Counted from the stretch's first letter, positions 12,317 through 26,222 are shown. The stretch: 64,000 nt of DNA from Octopus vulgaris (GCA_951406725.2 OX597830.1:17794001-17858000), one strand, 5' to 3'. Program-made: numbers and translations. The notes: generated by a model from the letters alone, not told the origin.

Positions 12317-12884
12317 TTGGACAGTAATAACGTCAACAGTGGTAGGTACCCAGGCCATGAAGAAATTATGGAATTTTTACGCAAACTGGGTTTCCTGGCC
12401 AACACTATCGAAAGTAGAGCTTCAATTGACGACACCGACTCAGAATCTGCTGAAAGAATGAAAAAAGTTAACCCCTACAGTTTCCAAGGTACCAGAGGCA
12501 AAAGATTAAACGCAAACAGTTTCATGGGTTCCCGAGGTAAAAGAGTCCTCGTTAATGACAAACGGACTGTCAGTGCTAACGCTTTCCTCGGATCGAGGGG
12601 TAAACGTCTGGTTACCTTACTCGGTGAAAAGCCCCAACTAAACGATATTACGGGAGTCATTGACAAAAAATCAGATGCTTTAGCATTCGTCCCAACAAGA
12701 GGCAGATCACAATCAACCAATGACGAACTTGCTTACACGGGTCCGATGTTATTGAGAGAAGGCCGAAGAATGAATTCCTTATCGTTTGGTCCCCCAAAAG
12801 GCAAAAAATACAGTCCACTTGACTTCATTGGATCGCGTGGCAAGAAAAGTACTTTTGAAGATTATGTGTTAAATACCCAAAACG
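12317..12884 (+). CDS. TKRP: Tachykinin-related peptide (TKRP) precursor, internal peptide-encoding exon
   Basis: Open frame with six peptides flanked by basic sites and followed by Gly amide donors: VNPYSFQGTR-GKR, LNANSFMGSR-GKR, TVSANAFLGSR-GKR, SDALAFVPTR-GR, MNSLSFGPPK-GKK, YSPLDFIGSR-GKK. FxGxR-amide is the protostome TKRP motif, and the set matches my recollection of Octopus oct-TKRP I-VI. A long pyrimidine tract and TTCAG acceptor end at 12316; donor G|GTAATT at 12884/12885 (phase 1). Confidence 0.96.
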
Positions 12885-13227
12885 GTAATTGTTTTATTTA
12901 TTTATTTATTTATGTATTCATATATTTATTTATTTATACATTTATTTATTTATCAGAATGATAAGAATCTGTGAACCTCACTAACACTCTCAAGTTACGG
13001 TGGGTTGATGTTTGTTACGTTTGGGTGAACCTTTACTGCGCATATTTATGATCAAATGTGTTCCATCTGTGGCCATCTTTTGTCTTTTATTGAAATTGTT
13101 AATCTCGAACTATTTCATTCACTGTGTCCTTACTATATTAAGAAGCGAGATTTTGCTGTTGTTTCTAGCAAGTCACCATATAGAAACACCCGCAGGATGC
13201 AGTAGATGTCTTTATTACTGTTGCTGT

Positions 13228-13638
13228 GGATCTTTTCGGTTTGACCGGCAGTTTTGTCATATGAAATTGTCACCCATAATTATGACCCTAGTATCGATCT
13301 ATTGCATTTCAATCTGTTTTAGGGTTAGGGTTAGGGTTAGGGGTGGGGGAAGGGTATCTTTTATTTTCTTCACAAATGTAAATAAACCCAATCTGTTTCT
13401 TAAACGAGGGACATATTCATACGGCACAGAATGTTTTCACTCCAATAGACGTCATTGATTGGTTGAAATTGCAGAAATTGAAGAAAAAAACAACAAATAT
13501 CTTACAAACTATAGAATTTTCTCAATAAAGCCAAGAGAAAAGATGTTTTATAAACACATTCTACCAGTATACGAAGGTTAAAAGTGTTTAGTTACCTAGA
13601 AATTATGTTAAAAACTGCCGTTCAAACCGAAAAGATCC
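13228..13638. mobile_element. Same MITE, copy 2, with (TTAGGG)4
   Basis: Same TIRs; TSD gttgctgt/gttgcagt; TTAGGG x4 at 13319-13342; orientation opposite to copies 1 and 3. Confidence 0.88.
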
Positions 13639-14255
13639 GTTGCAGTTCTTATAGATGTTGTTGTAATTGATACTGTTGCTGTACATGTTGTTGTTGTTGT
13701 TGTCGTTGTTGTTGTTGTCTAACCTCACTTCAGTACTGATCGATAAGACCTTCAATCAATTTATGTAGCAGCCAAGACCATCTCTTGTTTCTCCAAGTAT
13801 GGTTTATCTGGGACTTCATTATTCAATGTGTCTTTCTCTTCTTTAAAAGTTGGTGCGGTGGGGGATTTTTTTAAAGCTGAAAATCTTGCAAGTGTGAGAT
13901 GTCGACAAACATTGATGGCCACGACACACCGAACGGTGAAGGTGGGTACAATCTAATGGCTATTTGGCAACATTTTCTAGCATACCGTGTGACTCGAGGA
14001 TGACTGGGGCCGTTGACAAACATCGTTATCAACTTGATCTTCTAAATGTAATAACCTGAAAGAAAACCGTGGGTTATAAGAGTGGAAACTTCAGAGGTCT
14101 TCAGTCTATGATAGGAACGACAGGCGAAAGAATTTAATAATGGTTTTAGGATTTGAGACCCAACACAGATTATGAGATGTGGAGAGTCAGGTAGCGTATC
14201 GGATAGGATTGAGTAAAATATGGACCACATATGCTAGTTTTCGTTCTCACTATCT

Positions 14256-14345
<90 letters not shown>

Positions 14346-14370
14346 TACATATATATATATACATATATAT

Positions 14371-14423
<53 letters not shown>

Positions 14424-14448
14424 CATATATGTATACATATATATACAT

Positions 14449-14486
<38 letters not shown>

Positions 14487-15346
14487 CCTGTTCTTTCTTT
14501 GTTTCTCAGTACAGTCTCTCTCCTCTCTCCATCCACACCTATCTATCTATCTCCCTCTCCCCCTCTCTATCTATCTATCTACATAATATCCAGCGGTCGA
14601 ATACTGGGTAATCTTGTATAATACTGATGCATATTAACAGCTGAAAACACTCCTATTTAGTTTAAGTATGAAACAGTATTATTCAAGATTATCCACTATT
14701 CGACCGCTAGATTTTATGTAGGTTGTTTTAAAGTATTTCAACAAAAATTTCTGCTTATGGCAACAAAGGATAATAATTCTAAATGAGTATTTACAACAAA
14801 ATTCCTATGGAATAGTTACCTTGGTTATAAGGTTTGCCACATTCAAATATCCTCCAAATATTTTTTACTTTCTAATATTGTTATCTAAAGATGCAGATAC
14901 AAATTTGTTTTAAAAACCTCTTTCAGGATTTTTGGATGTAAATTTAAGCTAAGTGTATTATAAAACAAAAGCATCCACAGTCAACCTAATATAATTCTTA
15001 GAAATCGAATCATTAACTCTACATACTTTCTCACAATAAATTACTAATTTCAGAGCATAAATTATTTAACAGGAAACTCATGGTGGGGTGGTATAACATT
15101 TAACAAATCGGTTGTAGAAAGCGATTTATTGTGGTTTTAATAAATATCAGATACTTCTGTAACAAAAAAAGGTGTACAATTTGACATTATTATTTTAAAA
15201 ATCATATAACATCGATGATATTTGTCTAGTAAGGAAAATAAGTCTGAGGCGATATTTATACACGCATAAACAGTCACAGGAGCATTAAACCAAATAAAGT
15301 TTTCTATTTTTTCGCATATCAAAAACTTATTAGTGTTATTATTATT

Positions 15347-15879
15347 ATTTAGTGAGAGAGAGGTGCATGCTATGAAAGTGACACTGGGGTAAAATATACG
15401 AAGCCCAGTACACACTTGACTACCCGTCTGATAAGGGTACATCAGGTACAAGCATCACAACCATATGTGCGCGAGATGGTGTTCTCATATCAAGATATAC
15501 AGCGCATGACTTTGCAGGTGGAGCTCGATTAGAATTTTCTTCAGGTCCAGTAGCCCATCCCACACAAAAGGCCCCTGATTAAGGGTTGTTTAAGGATGTT
15601 GAACGAAACACCCGTGTTTCCAAAGGTGAATTATCCAAACCCCGGAGAATTTCTCGCAACACTACTTCTACTTGTGATCGGAGATGCACATATCGTCAGC
15701 CACAAAGGAACATGCTCTACTGGTTATAGTCTAACAACTGACTAGCAAATCTGTGGTATTGAGCAAAATATTTGCTGTAGTCCATCTTTTATACCAAGAC
15801 AAAACAATGTACATGAACACATTTCCAATCAGTTAAGATCAGAAGCCACGAGAGCAACTGCCTGGTACTGCATCAGGGC

Positions 15880-15880
<1 letters not shown>
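15347..15880 (-). mobile_element. ~530-bp non-coding interspersed repeat embedded in (TAA)n
   Basis: A second copy in opposite orientation lies at 45893-46375. Ends abut TAA/TTA repeats. The strand given is the TAA-reading strand. Confidence 0.75.
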
Positions 15881-15930
<50 letters not shown>

Positions 15931-15954
15931 CATTGTCATCATCATCATTATCAA

Positions 15955-15994
<40 letters not shown>

Positions 15995-16046
15995 ATTATT
16001 ATCATCATTATTATTATTATTATTATTACTATTATTATTATTATTA

Positions 16047-16077
<31 letters not shown>

Positions 16078-16429
16078 AATTATCATTATTGTGAGGTCGA
16101 CTTTACCTTTTATACTTTCGGGATCGATAAAATAAGTACCTGTTGAGCATTGTGACCGAAGCAATCGACTAACCTGTACCCCAAGATCTCAGGCTTTGTG
16201 CCAATAGTAAAATGAAGTAACACTCGAGTACATATATGTGTATAGTTTCTTTAAGCTAGGCCAGTTGCATCTGCTTATTCAAAGAAAACAAGCTGCGTTA
16301 TGGAAGCTTCAATATACCAGGTTTCTGGCCCATCTTATAGAAACTGCTGCATTCTATGTTTAAGTACGTCTTTACTAGACTGCTATACAACGACGGTTCA
16401 CACATACACACACACACACACACATATAT

Positions 16430-16489
<60 letters not shown>

Positions 16490-16527
16490 ACATATATATA
16501 TATACATACATATATATATACATATAT

Positions 16528-16775
16528 ACGACGGGCTTCTTTCAGTCTCCGTCTACCAAATCCACTCACAAGGCTTTGGTCGGCCTGAGGCTATAGTAGA
16601 AGACATTTGCCCAAGGTGCCACACAGTGGGACTGAACCTGGAACCATGTGGTTGGTAAGCAAGCTACTTACCACACAGCCACTCCTATGCATATATGTAT
16701 GTATGTATAAACATACATACATGTATATACATATATATATTTGGCTAAACTGGCAAAATGACCATTCCGAAATAT

Positions 16776-16823
<48 letters not shown>

Positions 16824-16915
16824 TCTTTTACTCTTTTCCACGTTTCAGTCATTTGACTGCGACCATGGTGGAGCACCGCCTTTAGACGAAGAAATCGCCC
16901 CTAGGACTTATTCTC
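16528..16915 (-). mobile_element. SINE family A fragments (5' half 16528-16688; 3' end ~16822-16915)
   Basis: Sequence similarity to 53519-53941. Confidence 0.75.
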
Positions 16916-17604
16916 TTGGTTGAGTAGAGGAGGCTCCAGTAATGTTTTGACAAAGGTGTGGGGAAGGCACCTCTTCTAGGATAAAGATATTGTCACATAA
17001 AACTTGTAGTGAGAATAGTACCAGTCACCTTGCAATGCCTGGCGGGAGAACATAAAATGACGACCGAGAGAGTGGCAAAACTGTTGTACAAGTTTTAATC
17101 ACTTAAATCCAATGACGTGCAGATGTCTCACTATAATGCATAACACGTTATTACCTGACAATAGCCCCTTGTGGGCAGTAAAGAAATAAGTTATTACTTA
17201 TTACAATCATCATGTATATATGTAGTGACAGTGACTGAAAAATTTTAGTGGGTATATGTATTATTCAAATTGCTTGAATTAACGATACATTTGGCGAAAA
17301 CTCGAAGCCGCTTATCAATACATTTATAGTAACTATCAGAAAATTATATCGTATAATTTATTCATTATCTTTCTTGAGCCATAGGCATATGAGGCTGGTT
17401 TCCGGATTCTATGGTGTATATATTTTCCATCTGGACGGGATGCCACTCCGTCACAGTATCACATGCTTTTGCCAACTGGGTGGACTGGAGCAACATAAAA
17501 TGAAGTGTTTTGCTCGCGAGGACAACGCTTCGCCCGATCCAGGTATCGAAGCTACATCTTACGAACATGGGTGCAAAACAGACGCCTATACATATTTATA
17601 TATA

Positions 17605-17701
<97 letters not shown>

Positions 17702-17798
17702 TTATAGATTTATAGATTTACATGCACACAAATATAAATATACATAAATTTATACATTTATATATGATGTATGTCGACATCATGTGTGTGTGTTTGTT

Positions 17799-17897
<99 letters not shown>

Positions 17898-17928
17898 AAG
17901 ATAGAGAGCTTAAAGAAATATATATATA

Positions 17929-18023
17929 TGGCATCTTGGGCAAGTATCTTCTACTATAGCCTCGGGCCAACCAAAGCTTTGTGAGTGAATTTGGTAGGCG
18001 GAAACTGAAAGACGCCCGTCGTA

Positions 18024-18115
<92 letters not shown>

Positions 18116-18303
18116 TGTATGTATGTACGTATGTATATATGTATGTATGTATGTTGTGTGTGTATACGTTTGTGCGTCTGTGTTTGTCCTCCCAAACATC
18201 GCTTGACAACCGATGCTGGTGTGTTTACATCCCCATAACTTAGCGGTTCGGCAAAAGATACCGATAGAATAAGTACTAGGCTTACAAAGAGTCAGTCCTG
18301 GGG

Positions 18304-18305
<2 letters not shown>
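17929..18305 (+). mobile_element. SINE family A, truncated
   Basis: CORE-like segment, internal microsatellite and 3' half are present. Confidence 0.8.
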
Positions 18306-18353
<48 letters not shown>

Positions 18354-18415
18354 TGGATTTCTACTTTATTCTATCGACCCCGAAGGAGTGAAAGCAAAGT
18401 TGACATCGGTGAATA

Positions 18416-18481
<66 letters not shown>

Positions 18482-19772
18482 AGATATCACATATACATTC
18501 ACACATAAAAGATCAATTTTGTTCGCGATTGCCTCAAAGTGATAACCTACACTTGAGTAAAGACTTCTTTCATAGTTGAACAACAGACAAAAAGAAGAAA
18601 AAAAAGGAAATCTTAGCAAATATTTACAAGCCAATAAATACGAAGCATTGTAGTAAGACGGTCACGCTCCGTTGGACTGGCTTTCAAATATTAACATCTA
18701 TTCAAATGAATCAGTGCACCATCTTCCGCCCTCTGTGTGTTTTCTTTGGAATATCCTTCCTTTCCCTACTACAACCAATACCATTTCATTCTAATACTAC
18801 TACTAAAAGATCTGAAATCAATGTCGTGTTCACAGTCCGTGTAACAACGTAACAACCGGCATGGCGTCCATAAGTAATCCGCACCGCAGCTCTTTAAAGA
18901 GCGAGAGGGGTGGAGGAAGGAGAGGGAGAATGAGATGAAGAAAAAGCAGGCAAAAGAAAAGGAGATGGAAAGTGATTGAAAAGGCTGGGAGAGAGAGTTA
19001 GAGAGGGACACCTTCGATAACAGATCACTGTACCAATATAACATTGTACCACTACACTACCACGCAAACACACCAACGCACTATTGCACCAATATTCCAT
19101 CTCTCCCCCACTACTGCACCAACCAACCTATCAGGATGCTTCTAGATGGTCACTCAACTTACAAGAAATAGCAACCAATTTTCCCCTCAAATCGTAGCCC
19201 ACTGTCTTAAAAGATAAATATCATATTGGACTATATGATCTTAGATGCACACTGAACGCAGAAAGAGCGATGGTCACAGACGGGTTGCCTATGATCACAG
19301 GTCTGTTGTATTAGGGATAAACCGGAGTTATACAACGACTTCAGCAAACATTGCACTAATATACACTAACATACAACCATACAAATGCATTACCACGTCC
19401 CTATACAGCTATGTTCACGTGTTTCTGTGTCCGATGCCAATGCACTGGCTTTGCTCAAATGTTTCCTACCAGAGTCACGCATTGACCAAAGTTTTCTGAA
19501 TGGATTTTGTTGGATGAAAATTGTAAGGAAACCCGTAATTGACATATGAAATTAGATGAGTAGTCTGCTAAACCGAATTTCACATAGAAAATTATACTAA
19601 AATGAAAATGTTCATAAAATCATTGGACAAGGATTCACCTGTGTATATCCCAGCATGAACGAAGATCAATGACTGAAACAAGTAAAAATAATACATACAT
19701 ACATACATACATACATACATACATACATACATACATACATACATACATACATACATACATACACACACACAT

Positions 19773-19805
<33 letters not shown>

Positions 19806-20840
19806 ACTTAGAGATGTTTCGTCCAAAGATTGGTCCAGGCCATGTCTAACTTAATAGCACCACCTTAAAGAATTAGCTAAATCCTTTTTAAGTCAAGTTT
19901 TGTGGTATCATGGTCAATTCGAGTAGGGAGTTTTTGTTGAGTGAGTTGCAGACAGGTATAGGTGGCTTATCTGGTATTCCTTGAAGAAATTTGTCCAGAT
20001 TCCGTTTAAAGATGAGGGCATCCTTTTCCTCATTGATATGTTTGGGGACAATGTTAAATAGGGCAGGGCCTGTTGAGGAAAAGAAATTATGTTGCAGTAT
20101 ATTTATGTGTTATGATCCTGAATTGGGTATGGGTCGTATGGACCGTGGTCCTAACCCTGGATGAATTTTGAAGCTAATGTCGTTTGGGCGAAGCTGGTGG
20201 TATATTGTCCACATCGTGCATATGATATATCACTCACGACAGCGCTGGAGAGAATAGAGTTTCAACGCTTTAAGGTGGTCCCAATAATCGAGATCAGTCA
20301 TGCCCTTAATTCTTTTAGTGAATGTCCTCTGGGGTGATTCAAATTTCGAAGTGTTTTGTTTTGTATGGGGACTGTAGAATTCGAGGTGTGGCCGTACAAC
20401 GGAGGATGAAAAAGAATGATGACACCTTCTTCTCTGGACCGGAAGGTTCTTAAGCCCCAAGAGCTCCTTCTATGAACTATATCGACCTTATTGTTGATGT
20501 AGGCACTCCAGCTGAGATTGTTGTCAACAAATACTCCTGGGTCTCTGATATTATTAGATGCTGTGAGTGGTGACCCTGAAGGAAGAGATTATGGCTGTTT
20601 TAGTATAGTCTTTCTTTCAAAATGCATCAGCTCAAATTTTCCCTCGTTTAGTTGGATTTTGTTTTTGTCTTCCCATGTAAATCAAACTGGAGTTCGGTTC
20701 GGTCTCCTTCTCCATTGATGATTTTCTGGAGCTTGGGGTCATCAGCGCAATTTTACACTTTGCCGTGTTTTATGACGCTGGAAAGATCGTTTATTTGGGC
20801 TATAAAGAGAAGCGGACCCAAAACAGTCCCCTGAGACACA
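19806..20840 (-). mobile_element. Decayed CR1-group LINE, RT C-terminal half and 3' UTR
   Basis: Minus strand gives VSQGTVLGPLLFIAQINDL...CADDPK (RT motifs B and C) and VVRPHLEF..SP.....ESPQRTFTKRIKGM..LDYWDHLKALKLYSLQR, with stops and frameshifts. An isolated similar 3' tail lies at 28811-28862. Confidence 0.85.
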
Positions 20841-21406
20841 CTCACAGAACACACTCAAGGACAGAACGCGCTGCCAGGAATTGAGCTCATGACCTTGATT
20901 GTTAGCCGAATACACTAACCACTAAATCACACGCCTTCACGGTAACGTACAATGCGTAGAACAAATTTTTGTTGGGTGCCTGTATAGTCGCGGTCAGACA
21001 GTCTCTCCCTTGGCCCGTTCATCGAATTGAATTCTTTATCGACGCCTATCAGATCTTCCTGTTGATATTATATAGTCTTAATCCGTCAATCGCATTGTTG
21101 GCTTTTAATATAGCAAGGACTATATATATTGATATTCCATCTGAGCATTGATTCTGACGGTATTACTTCTTGTCTAAGACTATCGATGTGTGCGTGTGTG
21201 TGTTGTGTGTGTATATATAAACACACACACACACACACATACACACACACACACATACAAACAGACGCACAAGCAAACATACACAGACATGTGTATTTAT
21301 ATCTGTATATTTATTTTTATCAGTTTAGCTCTCTCTATCTCTCAATATATATGTGAATAAATTTATAAGTATACACCCCCACACACACATACACACACAT
21401 ACACAG

Positions 21407-21471
<65 letters not shown>

Positions 21472-22089
21472 TTCGTACTTATATACATATGTATATGTGC
21501 ATATGAATGTGATTATGTATATATGTATGTAAGTATATATACATATATATATATATATATACATACATATATATGTGTATATTTATGTATATGTATGTAT
21601 GTGTGTGTATTTGTATATGCATCATAGCGTTTTAAAATCAAAGTCTTATACATGAAGTGAGGTACACTTGGCATGCATGAACATTCGTTCCAGTTGTCGC
21701 GCATAAAAATGAAAGTTTTACATCAAAATCTAATGTGTAAATTGCATTTATCTACATATTTTATTACCTGTAAGACACAAAGAACTGAGAAAGAAACTTT
21801 GTTAGGTAATAAATAACTATCAAAGGAATTTGAAGTTTCAAAACTCCACAGTGACCAGTGGTTTCGCGCTGATACGGGAATCGTCAGGAATGTAAAGATT
21901 AAAAAAGAACCCAGTGTTCATTGGTGATAGGTCTGGGTTAAAGTTATGTCGCGGGTTAGTCACTAGTGAAGGATAGGTATTGGGGAATTTGTTTATGTGT
22001 ATTGGTGAGTGACTATGTGTGGGCAGTGTGTGTATGTATGTTAGTTTGGACAACAGAGATTTTTGCTCAGAAAATCTATAGGTTAAAAA

Positions 22090-22300
22090 CAGTGGTTCTT
22101 AGGCTAGGTCCATATGACCCTTGGGGGTTCACATTAGATTTTGCTGTAAAATATTTTAACAATTTTTGGTACAGTTCCTAATAGTATTTAGCTACAAAAA
22201 TATAATAGGATGTTTTAAACATCAAATAACTATGGAGATCTAGTTGAGTAAAATAGGGGTCAAGGTGGGTCCATAGACAAAATATGGTTGAGGACCACTG
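22090..22300. mobile_element. hAT-type MITE
   Basis: Termini CAGTGGTTCT...AGGACCACTG; 8-bp TSD gttaaaaa/gtttaaaa. Confidence 0.75.
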
Positions 22301-22347
22301 GTTTAAAAGAATATGGTTTATTTTTAAGGATGGTAATTTGTCTATTG

Positions 22348-22650
22348 TGGAGACGCAATGGCCCAGTGGTTAGGACAACGGATTCGCAGTCGGAGGTTCG
22401 CGGTTTCGGTTCCCAGCGTTGTGTGTGTTTATTGAGCGAAAACACCTAAAGCTCCACGACGATCCAGCCGGGGGGTGGGTGGGGGTGGCGACCCCTGTTG
22501 TACTCTTTCGCCCCAACTTTCTCTCACTCTTTCTTCTTGTTTCTTGAGTAACGCTGCGATGGTCTGGCGTCCCGTCCAGCTGGGGTGAACACATACGCCA
22601 TAGAAATCGGGAAACCGGGCCCATGAGCCTGGCTATGCTTGAAAAAGGGC
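22348..22650 (+). mobile_element. SINE family C (tRNA-derived head, octopus OR-type)
   Basis: gcaatggcccagtggttagg...cgcggtttcggttccc tRNA-like head followed by tttattgagcgaaaacacctaaagctccacga. Confidence 0.8.
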
Positions 22651-23731
22651 GCGAAACAAAATTTGTCTCTTAATAGTGAAATGAAAATTAACTGCGATAC
22701 GAAAAGGTTTTGGGTAAACTATATTTCATTTGAAGGTTAGTTGAATCATTTAGTGGTGAGTGGAGTAGTTTTGTATTGATGTGAGCTCTGTGTTGTGGCG
22801 ACAGTTTTCTTTTGGGAAGTTAATTTTCGCGAGGTTGGATGTGTGTAGCAGAAGGGGTCTGTAGTCGATTCCAACAAAAAACAAAATACATATGGGGACT
22901 ACCACACAGATATCAACCACTCAATTCACGCTACACAACATACCACTATATAAAAACTTTACCACTGCATCACTAATAATACCAGTTGATCTCTCAACGG
23001 TAAATACTTAACTCAAATCTTGAATTTATCTCACATAGTTTTTCTTTTCGTTTCGTTTCACTTCTTTTTACTATTAATAACAAAATTACCATCCTCAAAT
23101 ACAAACAATTTTCATTTAATTCTATATCCTTTATAATCGCAATGTCTGTAGTCCTAACACATACATCCATAGACACCCAAATATGTTAAGCACGTACGTT
23201 TGACGAAATATACATAGAAAATAACAGTCGAAAGAAATAAACAAATGCTGAGAAGACAATCTACCCAAAACATTGTACGCATACACAATACAGATATAAA
23301 CTAAAATAACCACCTACAAATACAATATTAATTTCTCAACTCTTACGAGTCTGAAGTTTTCCGTATCAAGGTGCGGTGAGCATCTATTCACTGTGAGATA
23401 TTAAACGCAACAATTCATTAGTGTATGAGTGTGTATGTGTGTGTTTGTTTGTGGGCGTGTGTGTGTATGTGCGTGCGTGCATGTGAGTGGATTTATTCAC
23501 GTATACAGAGACTAGGCAATGTATGTACACGCGATAAGAGAGAAACAATCTACAACAGGAGTCTATATGTATGCATTATAATATATATACCATTCTAATC
23601 ACAGGAAATAATCAGAGTACTTTGCCAAAAGATTTTCAGATTCGGCCAATTGTTGGAATCATGGAGAAATGTGATACGTCTACAGTTCTTGTTATTTCTC
23701 CTTCAGTGATATATCGTGCACGCACACTCAT

Positions 23732-23792
<61 letters not shown>

Positions 23793-23910
23793 GACATACC
23801 ATCACCTTTACAATACATACACATGATGCACACAGGCACACACATATACATATAAGCTATTATATATACATACATATACATATATATATATATATAAACA
23901 TATTTTCATA

Positions 23911-24011
<101 letters not shown>

Positions 24012-24319
24012 GTGTGTTTGTTTTTTAATTTACACGCACTACCGACATACATATAGTAAACTGCAAATATCACCATACCATAGTTTAAGGCTTAGTGGAC
24101 CAAATACAGGCAATAAAGGGAAATATTTATATGTACTTGGTGGGAACTACTTGTTCATATCTTGAAGTCTTAGTTGTATAAGTTCCTTGATTATCCGTTC
24201 GTCGTGGAGCGCCATTGTTTCCAAACCCGTCTGATAATTTCTGTAGGCTAGGAATTTGCTATAGATATGAAAACCTGACGTTATCGAACAGTCGCCGCTG
24301 CTGATTACAATAGGAATAT

Positions 24320-24609
24320 CTTTTATCTTTTCATTTTTCGTTTCTTTGTTTAAGTGATTAGAGTGCGACCATGCTGGGGCGCCGCCTTGAAGAAATTTTA
24401 GTGGGATGAATCAATCCCAGTACTTTTGTTTTCTTTTTTTCGAAGCCTGGTACTTAATCTGTCGGTTCCTTATGTAGAACCGCTAAGTTACAGGGAAGTA
24501 AACACACTATCACCGGTTGTCAAGTGATGGTGGAGGCCAAACACAGACGCAAAGACACACAAACACTCATATATATGTGTGTATGTGTATGTGTGTGTTT
24601 GTGTGTGTG

Positions 24610-24707
<98 letters not shown>

Positions 24708-24865
24708 AGACAGGGTTCTTTCAGTTTCCATCAACCAAATCCACTCAGAGGCTTTGGTCGACCCGAGGCTATAGTACAAAACACTTAGCCAAAAGTGCCG
24801 CGCAGTGGGACTGAATCCGGAAGCATGTAGTTGGAAAGCAAACTTGTAACTGCACAGCCACATCT
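24320..24865 (-). mobile_element. SINE family A with long internal (TG)n
   Basis: Both conserved halves are recognisable. Confidence 0.8.
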
Positions 24866-24928
24866 GCTCCTTATGCAAATGCCGATGAGAATATACACAT
24901 CCAGGAAAAATAGGGTTTATGTATATAT

Positions 24929-25209
24929 TTAACCCTTTTGCAGTTAAAACCGCCAAACGCGGTCCAAATATTCAACATGTTCTATGTTCAAATCGGCTAG
25001 ATTCAGCCTTTCACACCTACCCCACACATAGACAATCACATGTTCTAAACATAGACAATCACATCATGTTCTAAACATAGTCTATGTTCTAAACAGACAA
25101 TCACATCATTAAAAATCCCGAAGCTACGAAATGATGCAGGATTAATTGAAAACAAGGTGAAACAATAAGCATTACATTTGACAGAATAATTTAAATGCTA
25201 AAGGGTTAG
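24929..25209. mobile_element. piggyBac-type MITE
   Basis: TTAA-CCCTTT...AAAGGG-TTAG termini; second copy at 47023-47222. Confidence 0.7.
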
Positions 25210-25904
25210 ATTATCGGTACCTCTGTTTAGTGAAGGTGCGTGACGCACCGGTTAGGAGGTTAGGACCTTGCGGTCGTGGCTTCGATTCACTCACCGGGTG
25301 GCACGTTGTATCCTTCAGCAAAGCATTTCATTTCACCCTGTTCCAGTCTGCTCACCTGTAAATGAACACCATCGAAATGCCAGCGTAACTGTGCCCCCGC
25401 GCTCTAGCTCTCCCATTCGAGAAGATGTTTAGCTTGAGTTTGCGACTCCATGGGCATCTAAAAAAAACTGACGAAAACATGGTATATTTTGTCAAGTCTT
25501 ATTCAATCGCAAGTGACAGCTGGATGTAGGTATTATGATTGAATCCCTCGTCAGCTATCACGCAGCTCCTTGTATTGTTAAGAAGCTCGCTTTGCTCCCG
25601 CATGGCCGTAGTCCAATGAGAAAAGATACGATCTAGACGTTTGCAAATCATTTTTGTGTGTGTGGAGACATTGTGTACCTAGAAATATCATATCTAATGA
25701 GCTCTTTCCCTTTTTGAAGTCAACAGGATGTGAGCTTAGGGAGAATTAGTTGTTATTTACGTCTTAAGGGCAAAATGTTGCGATTGTGTTGAGATCATGG
25801 CTGATTGAATCATCAACTTCAGAACAATAGGAAAACACTTCAATCATGAATCAACTAATCTTTCTCTTTCGTTTGTTTTTATGTGTGTTTGTATACATGT
25901 GTGA

Positions 25905-25936
<32 letters not shown>

Positions 25937-26167
25937 ATGTGTGTGTGTGTGTGAGTGTGTGTGTAAAGAGGAAGGAATGGAAGGAGAGGAAGTAAGAGAA
26001 AGAAAGAGCCAAAATGTCGCGAATGTCAGACACCGTCTCTTTGAGTGAATCTCAACAATCTAATTTTAACCAGATATGGTTTATAATGATAACAGAAATA
26101 AATATCGCAGCTTGGCCGCAATCCAGTAATTGACACCAGTAAACAAATAAAACATTACAAATAGACA

Positions 26168-26220
<53 letters not shown>

Positions 26221-26222
26221 AC

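Noticed and set aside
12885-12961. Hydrophobic tail GNCFIYLFIYVFIYLF... at the end of ORF 12296-12961 as a membrane anchor
   Set aside because: It is read-through of the splice donor into a (TTTA)n tract; the phase-matched exon at 43845 explains the real C-terminus.
13319-13342. TTAGGG repeats as evidence of a chromosome end or fusion
   Set aside because: They are internal to a multi-copy MITE.
22348-22420. tRNA gene-like sequences (also 60920-60992 and 40800-40865)
   Set aside because: They are SINE heads continuous with SINE bodies and do not form complete cloverleaves.
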